Shown: positions 42,485-56,900, counted from the first letter of the stretch. The stretch: DNA of 64,000 nt from Paraspadella gotoi (GCA_051294375.1 CM119263.1:19868115-19932114); one strand, 5' to 3'. Program-made: numbers and translations. The notes: generated by a model not told the origin, from the sequence alone.

Positions 42485-45400
42485 GCACTGACGCCATCTT
42501 CCGCGGGGCGGCCCGACCACGCGGGCGTCCTTACGCGGCTCCGCAACATCATCCGTCAGGTGGAGAATCGTGAGTTGAGCCACGAGGAGATCCTGGAGAG
42601 TCTCAACGACGCCGCCGATGTCATGGAATGCATCTACATCAACGAGGTGAGCGGGGACGCGCAAGAGCGAGGCTGAAAGGGTTAGAAATTGAATGATGAC
42701 TTTTGAAGCGGAGTGAGATGATTTTCTGAATTGATTGATGATTTAAGGCTCAGACATTAATGGAGCCAACTAAGGTACTAGTAAATATCTATTTTTATTA
42801 AATAAATAAGGGAGGTAAACTTTGGGCATTTTCTATGCTTAGGAAAGCGAGATTCATAAAAAAAAATGTGATTACCATTTCCACTGATAAGGAAATTTTC
42901 ATGATTCTCTGCATACGATCGTTCTTAGGCTCCGGCCCTCGGGGGAAGGATACTGGAATTTTATTTTTCAAATTAATTTTTTAAATATAATTTTTTAATA
43001 GTTTTGGATTTAAGATATTGCCTTTCCGTTTTAAACTAATATTTTTCCATGTGCAAAATCAAATGTTTCATTGGTATCATTGGGTATTGGGTATGGCTTA
43101 TTTTTTTCCAAGGAGTCAGCTTGCTCTTCAACAAATGACGTCTATCAAATTAGTGATATAATTGTTTACACTTTTCGGCTTCTCGACTTGATACGCATTC
43201 GCATTTCGTTCTTCGCCTAATTTTGACTTCGGATTCTGAAAAGTTGGTAAATTAATTTTCTCTGGCGGTCATTGTTTCATCCACATTTCAGTCGCTTTTG
43301 AGGGAAAACGAAAGGAATGTTTCTGCTCCGCTCTCTACGTACGCATTGGCATGAAACAATTTGCTTTTTACATCAGTTCTAGAACCGCGTCTCTTTCCTC
43401 AAAAAAAAAAACTGTTCGTCCTATTTTTTTTCTCTATTTTCTGTCTCAGTTTCTTGATACATCTCGCTCTTTTTCTTTCATCAAGCTTCGATATTGTGCC
43501 GCCTTTGTTTATACCTGTCACCCTTCTGTCCCCTTTTCGCACCTTTAATTTCCCCTCGAAACCGGCTCAAAATACCCCCGTCAAACTCATTCCCCCCCAA
43601 CCCATCACTCCAATCGCCTCGTTAAGATGCAGCAAAAGCAAGTTCTGCCCCTACCCCCAAAAACAGAGGAGCACAAAGCTTCGGTACCCAGGTTTTGACG
43701 ATTGACGTGAATCAGTGCATCATAGAAGTTTTTTTTTAGAAACATAGCTTTAGATTCCGCATCAATTTAAAAAAATTTTAACATTTTGTCCCGTGCGCTG
43801 TATCAATATATTCTCCGAATAGATTCGATTTTACATAGATTCCGCTTATTTGTTTTGATCTCGCATAATGACGTGGGTTTGTTCGTTATATGCTTCTTTG
43901 GGTTTTATTTTATTCGAAATCAGTAAAAATCAAAATGTTTTTGAAATCGTATAAAATTTTAATCTTGATTTTGAAAGAATGTTGAAGTTCTTTTACTTAT
44001 AGAAACAACAAAACATTTTTTTCCATTATTAGATTTAAAAGATCCTTGATTATTTTAATTTATCTGGTCTTAGTAAAAAACTCAACTGGCAAAATACATA
44101 TATATTTTTTAAACAACTTTTAGCTAGGCCGCGAATAATCTCGGAGCAATTCTATAAGAATATAACACTTCTCAGTCAGTCAGTTTGCCGGTCTGCGGTC
44201 GGGCATTGCAAAAAGTTCACCCCGTCTTTAGGCATTATACTTTTAGTCGTGACCCAGTAACTTATTGAGTAATATTATCAGCTTATGTCCAGCTTATGAC
44301 CATTAGGTTCCTGGATCGATCCCCGGTGGTACCTTCCCTGTGGGAAGCGTGAGGACGCCGTAAACCGATTTGTGGTCCTGGAAAACCCCTAAACCTGGTT
44401 CCAAGCTTAGGACCCGTTCTATTGCTGCCGGAAGGGCAAAGTAGATAGTAATCTTTATCCCATTTAGCGCCTTATCCACAGGTCGGTCCGTCTGACAATT
44501 GGTCATTCTAAATGTTAGTAATTTAGGCAATATAATAATAATTTAACTTTTATTTGGTAGTCAAGCGGTATACCACGAGAAGGCGTAACGTAATCATTTG
44601 AAAATACGATTATAATATATGACAAGAAAATAAATGGGGAAATTTTAGTTATTATTTCGTATAAACGTGTTGAGGGTTAAGGGTAGTGTAGGGGTGGTTA
44701 AGGTTAAGAGGGCTTATGGTTAGCGTAATTAGGTTATAATTATTTTTATAATTAAGTATTTTTAAGTGGTTTTTCAAAAGACGCAAAATCCCCGGTCGGC
44801 GAAAGTAAAATTTTACCTTACTTTACATAAGTGATAAACCATAAGATGCTTGTTGTGAATACAGTATGTTTCATACTTGGGTATTTATGCAGTCATCTGG
44901 AAATGCGTCCGCACACCCACTGCGAAGCAACATCTTGAACTTTTCGGTTCTTTAGGTAGAGAGTTGATTAATGATTAGGTTATGACCCTGAGCAATTTTG
45001 ACAAAGCATGTTCCTCTTTATCAAGGTCACTTTTACCTCTTCCCCTGTCACTGTACTTCAGTGATGAGGAGGCGTTCGTGAGCCGCGATTGTTCTGTTCG
45101 TTTTTGTTCTCCTGCCCTCTGTCGTGCCGTTCCTTGTTCCTCATCGTTGTGGTTGCGTTTTCTTTGCTTTGTTTCGATCTTACATCAGATCGACGTCATA
45201 TGAGACAAAGAAATTCTTGTTCGCCAACGGAAAACCGATGTCAATTCTATAGCGATTTTTAAAAAAATTAATACTACGCGCCTCTAAAAAAAGCCTTTTT
45301 TTTCTGGGGGAAGCGAGGGTAGCTTTCAGTACGATTTTTCGTTATTTAGTTTCGCTTTACGTGTTCGTCTCTTTGAATAATTTTATTTCTGTTCCCTCGA

Positions 45401-47034
45401 TCTCGTTGCCTCTTCGTCTCTCGTTTGTTCTTCTCTCCATCTTCTCCGGATGTTAACTCACAGGAGGTAAATAAAACAAATTTAAAAAACCGCCAAACGT
45501 TCAGTTTTCGAATTCATACAAAAGTAGAATGCATTTAGTATGATCCGTATTTAAATCATTATACGTATGAAAGAATCGATGCAATTTATATTTGTAAACC
45601 TAATAAGTAGAAGCTTATATTAATTATTTCTTTCTTTGATTGGTCATGATGGTTATTGTCTTCACTTTTCAAGGCTTCCAGTCCTGAAACAGTTACCGAA
45701 AAAGTTACTGAAAAGGTAAAATCGAGAGTAAGACGCTGAAAAAACTTCACGCGAGTTTTTCGAGATCGCATATTAAACAATAAACAGTATTAAACAGTAT
45801 CAAACACGTATATAATCGTAAATGCTGTATAATATAATTAAATTATTTAATGGTGGCGATCTGCTAATTCGCGTGTTCCTTTTCTCAAGACTAAAACAGG
45901 CCGCTCGAAACCGTTCGGACAAATTCTCATATTTTACTCAAGAGTCTAGATGAATTTTCAACGAAAAGTGCATTTTCAGTATGTTTCTGTTTTCATTCCG
46001 ACATTATGAAAGGTAGCATTAAACAGCTACCATGCAATGCGTAGTACGCATTTAACTGTTCAGAATACTTTCGTAACCAACTTAAAGTTAATAATTATGT
46101 AAAAGATAAGCGAATACACGTATCAAAGGATTGTGGTTATGTATCAAATTTTCTTGTTGATTGCTAGGGAAGGAGCGATTTTGTGCGGCCGTTTAAAAAA
46201 TTCGATAAGTGCTGACGTCATGAAAACAACCGAAACGCGATATTCGGCGAATTGATTGCGTTACTCTTTTTTCTCATGTCAATGTTGTTCGTTTGATTTT
46301 AGCTGAGAATGGAATGTTATATTTTTTTAAAATTTAGGTTCTTTTAATCAGAGCATCTTGCATCCTGGTTGTTAACAAATAGAATTATGTTATCGATCCC
46401 ATTAATACTATTCAAACGATTGAAAAAATAAAAATTCAATCACCGACCCTTGTTCGTTCGGATTGAGAAACACGAAAGCATGTTCGATGTCACGATTTAA
46501 CAAAATTATTGAATGCGTATTTTTAAAAACATGTTTTGTAAATAATAAAAGTAGTTATGTGGCGGAAAAAACTTTCAAACAACGATAGTGAAAAGTAGTG
46601 GTACTTATTCTAACACTACTACGTCAAACTGTCCGCACACTATTTCCTAATAAAGTAAGAAACGGACGAGTCTTTTTTATTTCTTTCTTCCTGCGTGAAA
46701 CCCTACTTTCTCTTCACTCACCCAACTCCTGTCAATTTTTGTTTCGTTTTTTTTTTTCTTGTCTGATCCGTGGTGAACTGAGAAAAACTGTTTTCGTAGC
46801 GATTTGAAGTTTGTTTCCGGTAACTCGTGAAATGTAAACCTTTCGACGCGAATTTTTCTTTTTATAGTTTGTCCATATAATAATAGATTTGAATTTTAAA
46901 AAATTAGAAAAAAAAAAACCAGCCAAGCGAATTCCCTTTCAAAATTGTATTATTTCCCTGAATTCGTTTTTCGGCTCCCCTCACTGTCGCTCGCTTTCTG
47001 TCAGACATATTCAATGACTTGCTGTCTTGTCTCA

Positions 47035-47108
<74 letters not shown>

Positions 47109-47408
47109 TGATTTATTTTTAGCTTTTTCTCCCTTCATCAACCCCTATGTTGGAAAATCAAATTTCCTCGCAAATAAAAATTGTTCCGCGAAAAGGGATT
47201 TTTTTCTCCTCCGTTGACAACTGTTTCTTTTTTCGCCCCGCCCGTCCCTCTCTTCAACTCTCTCTCTCTCTCTTCTGATATATCTATATATATAATATAT
47301 ATATCATCATGCACTCTCTCTCTCCTCTCTCACTCTTCTCTCACTCTCTCTCTCTCGTCCCTCCCCCTCTCTCTCTCTCTCTCTATCTCTCTCTATATTT
47401 ATACTATT

Positions 47409-47445
<37 letters not shown>

Positions 47446-48200
47446 ACTTCCTCCCTCTCCTCCTCAACCTCAACGACCCCCTCTCTCCAAAACTAAAGAC
47501 GAAGCGGTTTTGCGAGGAGGACGACGAGCTGTCGGAGGTGGCGACAGACTCTGTGCCGGACGAGGTGCGCGACTGGCTGGCGACGACCTTCACTCGCTCC
47601 CTCGCCGCCAAAAACGAGCGGCTGGAAAAGCGGAAGTTCCGCGCGGTGGCGCAGGCGCTGCGCGTGGGCATTCACGTGGACAAGCTGCGACGGACGCCCT
47701 CCTCGATCGGGCTCCGCTATCCCGCCAAAGTGGTGCCCTTGCTCAAGACGGCCAAGCTGGACTCCTGGGCCTACGACGTCTTCGAGCTCAACGAGGCCTC
47801 CAACAATCAGGCGAGTTCGTTTGTCTGTTATTTATTATTGTTCTTTTGGTCGCTGGAGTTCGTATTTGACCGTCACCTTGTGGATTGCGACATAACTTAA
47901 AGGATAAGATAGCAAGCAAATTAAATATGTCTGTAAAGTCGCAAGATTCAATCATTCATTTTCAATCATTCTTTATTTTATTAGTACGATTTTGAAATAG
48001 CAGCCGAAGCTAGGCAATCGCCATGGCCGAAAGTGAAAATCCCCACACTTCAGCGTTTCTGGCGCGAAACGATAAAAAAAACAAAAAGCGCGATGAATAA
48101 GAGAGGCAGCTTCGCTTGGATACGACGGTAAACATCGAGAGCGATGTTAAATGCAAATGAGGCTCAGCGAGAGGGGAGCCACTCGGAAGGCAAAGGAGAA

Positions 48201-48270
<70 letters not shown>

Positions 48271-49181
48271 GAGAAGAGAGAGAGAGAGAGCTGGGATTGT
48301 ATCAGTAATAGAATATGAAGCCTTAAGATTGAAAAACGAAAGACGAAATGTCGATGAAAAAAATAAAGGTGGAGAAAATTGAAGGGAAAGAACGGGGAGG
48401 AAAGTTATGCTACGACGCTGAAAAATAGAAAGGATAATAATTAAATTTTAACTTTTAAAAATGACATACAAGCACACATTATGCAGAGTCAAAAACAAAC
48501 CATTTTCGGCACGATTTCTAGCCTCGATCCGGAAATGACGCTTTGCTCAAGGCGATCGATTCGAGCAAATTTAGGTTAACTTGTAATGAAAGAGGTGAAC
48601 GTCATGTGGCACAAAAAACGGACGATTCCGCAGTCAAGATGTGAATATTCTGAACCATTAATTGAAAGGATGATATTATGGCAACGGGGAGACATGCGTG
48701 ATGCCCGGGGTGTGAGGCATCTCCGGACAGCTGGCGCCCAGGACTTTGGACCTGCAGTGAGCAGTGAGCACTGAGCACACCATGTCACTGGCGTGTTTAA
48801 CTGACACCATCACACTTTAACCAGCGTGACCGTGAGGGGATTGAACCCGAAACTCACGGTTGGTGAACGAGCTGTCCGAGCTATACGGGAGGCGAATTTA
48901 GGATTCGCCATAATATACGGGCGGCGTCTNNNNNNNNNNGGCCAGTCCCGGGGCAGTGGGCAGTGGGCACGGCATTCATCTATTTTTAGTTGTTTTTTTG
49001 TTCACCGTAAGGGTATCATCATAATTCTTCATAATATTCCTTATATTATACGCTTATTTTCAAGTAAGTAAAAGTAAGTAAAAGAAAGATAACTAGACAC
49101 AAGTGGATCCCGAGAAAGATTTAATTCGTTATGATGTTCCCTTGCAAGACCGAGTGGCGCTCAGCCAGCCGTGCTGAGTGG

Positions 49182-49237
<56 letters not shown>

Positions 49238-52200
49238 AAGATAGAGAAAGAGAGTCTGGAGCTTTTCTATTTCTATGGATTTTCTGCGTGCAAAATCTTT
49301 GAGAGAGAAATTATTAAAAGAATCTTAATAATATATAAAATATTATTTGTTTTTATTTTGAATTATTTAAAAAAGTTTTTCATGAATTTTAAGTGAAACG
49401 TAAAGTGAGGAACATTGTATAATGTATGTTTGTAATAATCTTTCGGGGAGAGTGTAATAATATGCTAGCATATACTATAGCCTGCCTGATCTTAATATTA
49501 AATGGAGCAGTCAGGGTTAGCCTTTTTCAAGTGTTACGTAAAGGTTGTGGAAAAGAAGTGCACTTTCTGAAAGATATAAAAGAAAATGAGAGAGAGAGAG
49601 AATACTGAACAAGAGTCACTTGATCAGCAGTAAATAGAAAGAGCCTTTAAAAAAAATCGGTCGCGAACGTCTGCTTCACGACAATGTTCGCTTTTTCAGG
49701 CCCTCCGCTTCGTCGCCTTCGAGCTCCTCCAACGCTACGGCCTACAGAACAAGTACAAGATCAACTCTGCCTCTCTGGAGAAGTTCTTGGCGGCCATCGA
49801 GGCCGGCTACGGCCGCCACTCCAATCCCTACCACAACATGGTGCACGGAGCGGACGTGACCCAGACCACCCACCAGCTCCTCGCCGCCTCCAAAGTCATT
49901 AAGTGGCTGACGGACATCGAGATCCTGGCCACCATCTACGCCGCCGCCGTGCACGACTACGAGCATACGGGGACCACGAATCTCTACCACGTCAACACGG
50001 GGTCGGACCTCGCCTTGTTGTACAACGACCAGGTAGTTGAGGTTCAGAGAAAGAGAAGTGGGACGTGATTTAATGACCGCTGACAGTAATGATATTTTAC
50101 ATAGTTTAAAACTATTGAATTTTTAATGCTGAAAATTTTGGGTAAGAAACGAAATAAACATTTTTTATTGGGAAAAGTTAAAGTAGTCTTATATCATAAT
50201 CAAAATAGATGAAGATATATTTGACTCTTCAGGCAGTGTTAGAGAATCATCACATCAGTGCCACCTTCAAACTCATGAAGGACGACGACATGAACATTTT
50301 AAAAAACTTATCCAGCGACGAGTACAAAGAATTTAGGAGCCTCGTGATCACCATGGTGCTCGCTACCGACATGTCACACCATTTTCAACAGATCAACACA
50401 ATAAAAGGTGCAGCTAAAATATTCTTTTTTTGTTATTGTCGTAGAAATAGGTAATTTATTATCTTTGTCATATAAACTGGGTCATAACGCTGTGCTGAAG
50501 CTGTTCGTTCTCTTTTCGTCGTTTCCACCTAAACGGATGGGCGGTGTTTGCATTTGTCGTTTCCATGGATATCCGCGGATAAGCTGAACCGTTATTTCCT
50601 GCTGATAAATCTAATGAAAAGGAGAAGGCGGAATCCAATGGTCGCTGAAAGGCTTTTGCTGCCTAAAAGCACGCTAATGTCGACGTCGCTGCCGACGCCG
50701 CTCCCAATGCCAGTGACGACGACGGCGCCGTTGCCGCAGTGTTGTAGCCGCCTTTCGATTTCGCTTATACGACGCCGCGGGGACTGATAAGGCATAATTA
50801 CCGGAGTCGCCTCGCACAGCAAAGAATAAGTCAACTTGCCTTGATTTTTTTGGTTTTTTTTCTCTAATATCCATGAAGCTGAAGGCAGTAAATTAGAAAT
50901 GCACTGCGGCGCAAAAAAAAGTAGCCAACTTTTTACATCGAAAAAAAAAACCGTATTGGATGGCTGAATTCTACAAAGATACTTTATCTCACTGTAGACT
51001 GTACAACTATTACTGTAGTACGAGTAGTACTACTGCTGTACTACTACTGTATAACTACTGTAGAGTGTACACTGTAGAGAGTAGAGTGTAGACTCTACAG
51101 TAAATGTCACGTTTTCAGATTTTTCACACATTTTCAAGCTCCTATTGAGAGAGTACGTATACCAATTTTTGGGTGATAATAATTTTTAAACTTTTTAATA
51201 ATTTTCCGCAGGCCTTCTTTCGGTGCCAGAAACGATCGACAAGCCGAAAGCCCTGAGTCTTGTACTCCACACAGCCGATATTAGCCACCCTGCCAAACCT
51301 TGGGAACTTCACTACAAGTGGACAATGAGCCTACTCGAAGAATTTTTTCGACAGGGCGACAGGGAAAAAGAATTAGGTGAGAATGGGCCGTAATCAAAAA
51401 AACATTTGTATCACTCTGATTTATTGAAATGCATTGTTATAATCTTTCCAGGTCTTCCGGTATCGCCACTGTGCGATCGCGAGTCTCTACACGTGCCCGA
51501 GTCTCAAATCGGCTTCATCGATTTCATCGTGGAACCCTCCTTCAACATCCTCGGCGACATGCTGGAGGTCATAATTCCGACGGAGGAGCGCGGGGGCTCC
51601 GTCAACGGCGATATCGGGGGAGTCGGCGCCATCTTGGAAGACGACGAACGGCCGGCGACCAGTAGACCGTCGACGGCGTCGTCCGTCAAGAACGGCGCCC
51701 TCGGAGCCGGCGTGTAAGTTTCAGGGCATCGATATCGATATTTTTTCACGAAAATCATTAATTTTTCCAGCTTTGCGGTTAACTTTTCTTGAACATTTCT
51801 TTTTTCAGGAACGCAGAGGAGCCGAAGCCGGGTCGACGACGAACGCCGCGAGCGTGGGAGGATCCGATGGCGAAGAACAAGAAGAGATGGAAGGACAAGT
51901 CGATCCAACTTCAGCGACAGGGGCAACTCTTCAAAGCTAAATCCAGGGTAAGAGTTGACCTCACCCTCACAAAAAGAAAATAATTGGCTGCATCGAAGGG
52001 TTTTGTTTGAACAAATATGATTAATTTCTTCTAGGATTTAATAAAAAAAATAATTACTAGGTTTCGAATTTTTTTTTAATTTCGTTAATATTTTCATCCC
52101 ACAGAGTCTCAGCAGAAAGGACACGCAGTCTGAGGGAGAACTGGTTGAAAAAATTTCCGACGAAAAACCTGTCGTCGCCGCCGACGCCGCCCCTAACGCT

Positions 52201-52278
52201 AATAACGATAATAAAAATGATAACTCTGCCAAACAAAATGGCAACGACGAAGCGAAAGGCCTGGCGCCTTCTTCTTGA
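42485..52278 (+). CDS. PDE1: Calcium/calmodulin-dependent 3',5'-cyclic nucleotide phosphodiesterase, PDE1 family (5' partial, 8 exons found)
   Basis: Hand-spliced exons with consistent phases: 42485-42646, 47499-47810, 49700-50032, 50233-50407, 51212-51376, 51452-51713, 51809-51947, 52105-52278 (TGA); 1722 nt. PDE1 N-terminal motifs: RLRNIIRQVE...ECIYINE/TKRFCEEDDELSEVATDSVPDEVRDWLATTFTR and KRKFRAVAQALRVGI. Catalytic motifs: NPYHNMVHGADVTQT, AAAVHDYEHTGTTN, LYND/AVLENHH, VLATDMSHHF, HTADISHPAKPW, EEFFRQGDREKELG, SQIGFIDFIV. Start exon not identified. Confidence 0.95.
44250..44420 (+). mobile_element. tRNA-derived SINE-like repeat (family 2), in a PDE1 intron
   Basis: ttgagtaa..cagcttatgaccattaggttcctggatcgatccc..gggaagcgtgaggacgccgtaaaccg aligns to the reverse complement of 29690-29827. 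Confidence 0.6.
48672..48890 (-). mobile_element. SINE-like repeat (family 3) in a PDE1 intron
   Basis: The minus strand has A-box-like tagctcgg and B-box gggttcaatccc. The motifs gcaa.ggggg.acatg and ggacctgcagtga recur at 41764-41797. Confidence 0.5.
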
Positions 52279-53950
52279 AACCCCGTTGTTATCAATAACG
52301 TATTAATTCATGATTTTGTCAGTTGTTCGGGTCCAAATTACAATTTGTTAAACGATGAATCGGTTATTCATCAAAGAATCAAAATTCTATCACGGTTTTT
52401 TTCTATTTCTATATATGACTTCAGTTTTAACATTATTTTTCTCCGGGGATACAAAGGGTTTACTAGGCACTCGCAGAATCGCTTATGATACGAGAGGCGC
52501 CGACCATCTCGTCTTTTAGGGTATTCGTACTAATCGTACCCTTAGGCTTAGAGGCAAAGGGCGCTTCATTACACTAGCGAGATTAGGCCACTTTCTTTTG
52601 CCAGAGAACCGAAGTTTGGAAGGTGCGTTAGCCCTCTACTACTCTAGGCCCTTGAGAGCGCCACACTAATCTATATATTGAGTTGCGTTTAAAATTTTTG
52701 AAATTAAGCTTGGTCCATTGTTTTCACTCTTGTTCGCTCCATTGCTCTCGTTCTCATGCAATTGAAGGCTATTTTTACTGTTTTTATACTTCGGTGGGAG
52801 AAAATGGTTAAGAGTAACATTATCTCATTAATATCTTATTATGCCATATGGTGTAGATAAAAATATTATACGGAGCACCAACTTTTGAAAAATGTTAACT
52901 GTCTGTCAGCCCGAAGTTTTTTTTCATGCTTTTTTACTTAATTAACGATTATACTTGACTACATACATTGTGCTGAATTTTTGCATTGTTTAAAGTTGTC
53001 TTAAGTTCGAAAAAGAAAACCAAACATAAGTCATATTTCTTATTGCAAACCATTTTCGTTTAAACCGAATGGATTTTCAACCAAATAACCAGGTTAACGT
53101 AAACCTTATTCATTTCAGTATTGTCAGAAATCTTGCATGTTATTTAAAAAAATGTTCTACAGTAGTATGGCAATGTACTGCAGAGTAACCTCAAGTTTTA
53201 AACAACTTAAAGTAACCAGACATACATGTGTTAGTCACATTTGTGGTAACCAACTCAGCTAAATAATTGAGGTACTGTAGTAACACAATGTAAAAAAGGA
53301 TGTTTATACATTGTTTTAATCTTTTAATTCAAATACTGCTGGTTCATTGATGAATAACTCACCTATATTTGCGTGAATTTTATTTTAAAATGTTGATTGT
53401 ATACAAATACTGTTCGTGTTATGGAGTGTTCATGTCCAAAACGCCTGTTTTCTTTTATTTTGTAGACATGTTCTATGTCAGACCTGATAAGATATATGAA
53501 TTATACTAGTACAGTGGTAACCTCTTTACTTCATGGGTTTATAAGATAAGCCAGAGTGAATTTCAAGTTCTTTTTTAAACAAGCGAGCTAACTAACTGTT
53601 TGAATTTGGTTCTTAATTTTCATATTATCAATTTCGTTATTCACATTTCTTTCCCTTATTAACATTAGGTATTTTCTTTTATTCTTAATTTTATTTTTTC
53701 TTCCTTTCTTTTTTCTTTCTTTTTTCCTTTGCTTCCTTTTTATCTATCATTTAAAAATTTCATGATTTTACTAATTACATATTCAAGGTAAAAACATAAC
53801 TTCGAAATTAAATTCGTGGCCCCGCACGCGATGGCATACATACTTCGCCATTCATGGGCCTAATTGTTATCGAATAGGATTCATGTCAAGTAGAGACTTC
53901 TGTTTGACTAAAACTTTTAGTAAAGCCGCGTTCATTAGATTATTTAAAAA

Positions 53951-56900
53951 ATGGAGATCTTTTCCGCCTATTTGCTATTTGTTTATATATGGTTCGCTTC
54001 GATAACGATAAACGACGCGTCCAATTGTTCCGTGGACGCCCAAGAATTCGGGATTAACTTTCAAGTAAGATTACATCACGTTCATATTGTCTTTTAAAAA
54101 TGCATCATTCTTACTTAATAATAATTCCATCCAAGAATTATTGTCAAGTGATCCCTAGCGACTCGTACTTAGTAACGCTTGCCCGACTCATGTGCTGCGA
54201 GTCAAATCGAAAAGCCTTGCGTCATTTTCGATTTCAGGACGAGGTCGACTTCAACGAAATCAAGGTGGGTTATGACGGGAGGTTTGGTTTAAAAGTTTAC
54301 GGAATCGTTATGTTGTACAAAAACGAACCCATATAATACTGGCCGAGATTTTAAATTTAAGAAAATCTAGCTATGAAGTAACCTTATCTACATATCTCAG
54401 CTGAACTTGACGGAATTTCGAGTTCTTCTTGAGGACTTGGTTGCCAACAATACGACACTAAGTGCCCGTTTAGCGGACCTTTCCAGCTTGGAGTCTCGCC
54501 TCGCGTCCCTGGAGTTACAGGTGGCTTCGCTAGAAGCCAACGCTTCGGCCTCAAGAGAAAATGCGGCTTGGCTCAACCAGACGTTGTCGGAACTGACGTT
54601 CCGCCAGGAAGACTTGCGGTATTTTCTTTCGCCTTTTGGCTTTTGCATTCTGTCGGTAATTAACTAATTTTAAAATTTAATAAAATAAAAACATTTTGAA
54701 TGGAATGAATTCAATAACATTTAGAAACCAACTGGTACACAGTTATGCAATAGCATCACTCTATCTGAAAAGCATCAACATCTGCGTATTATTATTAACC
54801 TTTGCTATGTCCAATTTTTAATTACTATCTAACGAATTTGTCCCGCAAGGAATAGCGTGGAAACGTCATTGAAAGAGTTGCGGTCCGTGACAAACGAATC
54901 TTTTACCAACACTTCGTCGCGGATTAGCACCCTGCATGAGACGGTGGGGCTTGCGGACAACCTATTGGCCGCCTTTGTCAGTAACGCCACACCTTGTAGG
55001 GAAGATTTTAATGAGCGTCTAAATGAGATCGTGGAAGTTACGCTGCCGGAGATCAACGCCACGTATGTAGCGGCGGTGGAGGCTACAAAAGAAAAGATAG
55101 AAGGTAAACCAGGTTTAACTTTAAGGGTTGTTTCACCAAGATCAATAGAGACGATACCCTTAAATTCTGTCGCCAGGAATAGAGAATAACCTCGAAAACT
55201 TAACTACAACTGTGGAGGAAAACATAGAAACAATCGACAACAATATAACCTACATTCTTATGGAATTAGAGAGGCTAGAATTCATGGAAACGTCTTCGAT
55301 AACGACATTTTTATCTTTGACAACGGATGGGACGACGACGTCAATGGACGCACCAAGCACAACGCGAACCACTACAATTGTTGCAACAGATGAAGCATCT
55401 CCGACAACAATGACAACACCGAGGGAAACAACTATTTCTGAAGAAACTATACCGGAAACAACGACGGGAAGAGAAGAAACAACCACTTTAACGACTACCA
55501 CAATAGCTGTAGAAACGATGGAAACAACATTAGAAATAATTTCGTCAACTGCAAAGGAAGAAACAACGGTTGAGACGACGTCGACATCAGCATTCACTAA
55601 TACGACTACAACGCATAATACTACAACTTCCACAACGACAATCCAGATCAACGATACCTGTCTCCCAGATTTTTACTCATGCATCTGGTCGACGCCATTC
55701 CCATTTTCCTTTGAAAACGTGTCATTGGTATGGAGCCTCGATTGTTCCGGGGATTACTGCGACTTCGAAACGTCGACTGATGACGGGACTTGGCTACGAT
55801 TCCAGCGCCATCACCCGGGAAAAACGGGACTGTCTCTATTCGCCGACGCTGGATGGGACGACTATGTTGAAGGATTCGGGGACGCAAGAACAGACGGAGA
55901 GTTTTGGTTGGGGCTGGAAAATCTTTATCAAGTCAGTTCGGCGTTAAAAAAAAAAGAAAAAATTTTAAAAAAATATTAATACTATCTAATTGTGACGAGT
56001 GACAACAACTAATCGAATAAAACTTATATTTTCGGTTAAATAATTTTCTTCTTTCTTGTTTTGTCCAGATATCTTCTATTGGTACATGGGAATTGATGAT
56101 AAAATTTACGTACAGAGATCTCAACGATACCGGCTATCTCGATGCTTACGAAGTATATGAGTACTTTAAGGTATAAGTGCGCTAATTATAATGTAATTTT
56201 TTTTTTCATTCCCTGGCAAAGCTGTTCAATACCATGATGGAAAAAAAAGTTTCGCGGTTTGGAAAAGCCAGTTAATTTTATTGTCAAATATTTTTTGGCT
56301 AATAAATAAGTTTTAATAGGTAATATGACTCCCTAAGACTGAATAAAATAATTATTTTTAACAGCTTTAAATTATTCAATGCATTCAAATACTTCCAAAA
56401 GAAGTTGTCTCTAACTGTTTTCACTTCTTTTTGATTAAGAGAAATATTCATATTATTATTAAAATTATATCTCTGACATGATATTTTTTTATCAGATGGG
56501 GCAAAAAATGGTCCTTAGCAAGCAGTGAAAAAGATTGATCCTCTATAAAGTAAACCAGGCTTGAGTTCTTGCTGCATAATTCATTGTATTTCACTTCAAC
56601 AAAATCTTTATTTTTTTATTTTTGGACTTGTTTGATACTTGATTCTGAGAGTACATCCAAAGGTAAATAAAAATGAAATCTTTGCTTACAGAAAGGTTAC
56701 CCGGAACCTTATAACTTATATTGATACTTGAAGAGACAGTAATCATTGATATGTGTTAATGACAGAACCGTTCAATATAAGCAGTCCCTGAGCTTCGGAT
56801 CAGGCTGTAACACTATTTTACAGGCGGGTTAAGTGCCCCGTCCCTCTTAACTGCCAGGCAGCCACTGGGCTAAAACCCCGGACCTTTGGGTTGGGAGGCG

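Noticed and set aside
45440-45470. Alternative PDE1 first exon ATG...gag|gtaaat
   Set aside because: The ATG at 45450 gives phase 2, incompatible with the phase-0 acceptor at 47499.
50990-51102. actgtag/tactac-rich tract in a PDE1 intron
   Set aside because: Low-complexity degenerate microrepeat with no further structure.
55250-55651. Val-rich antisense ORF that looks like a membrane protein
   Set aside because: Reverse complement of the Thr-rich (ACN) mucin stalk.
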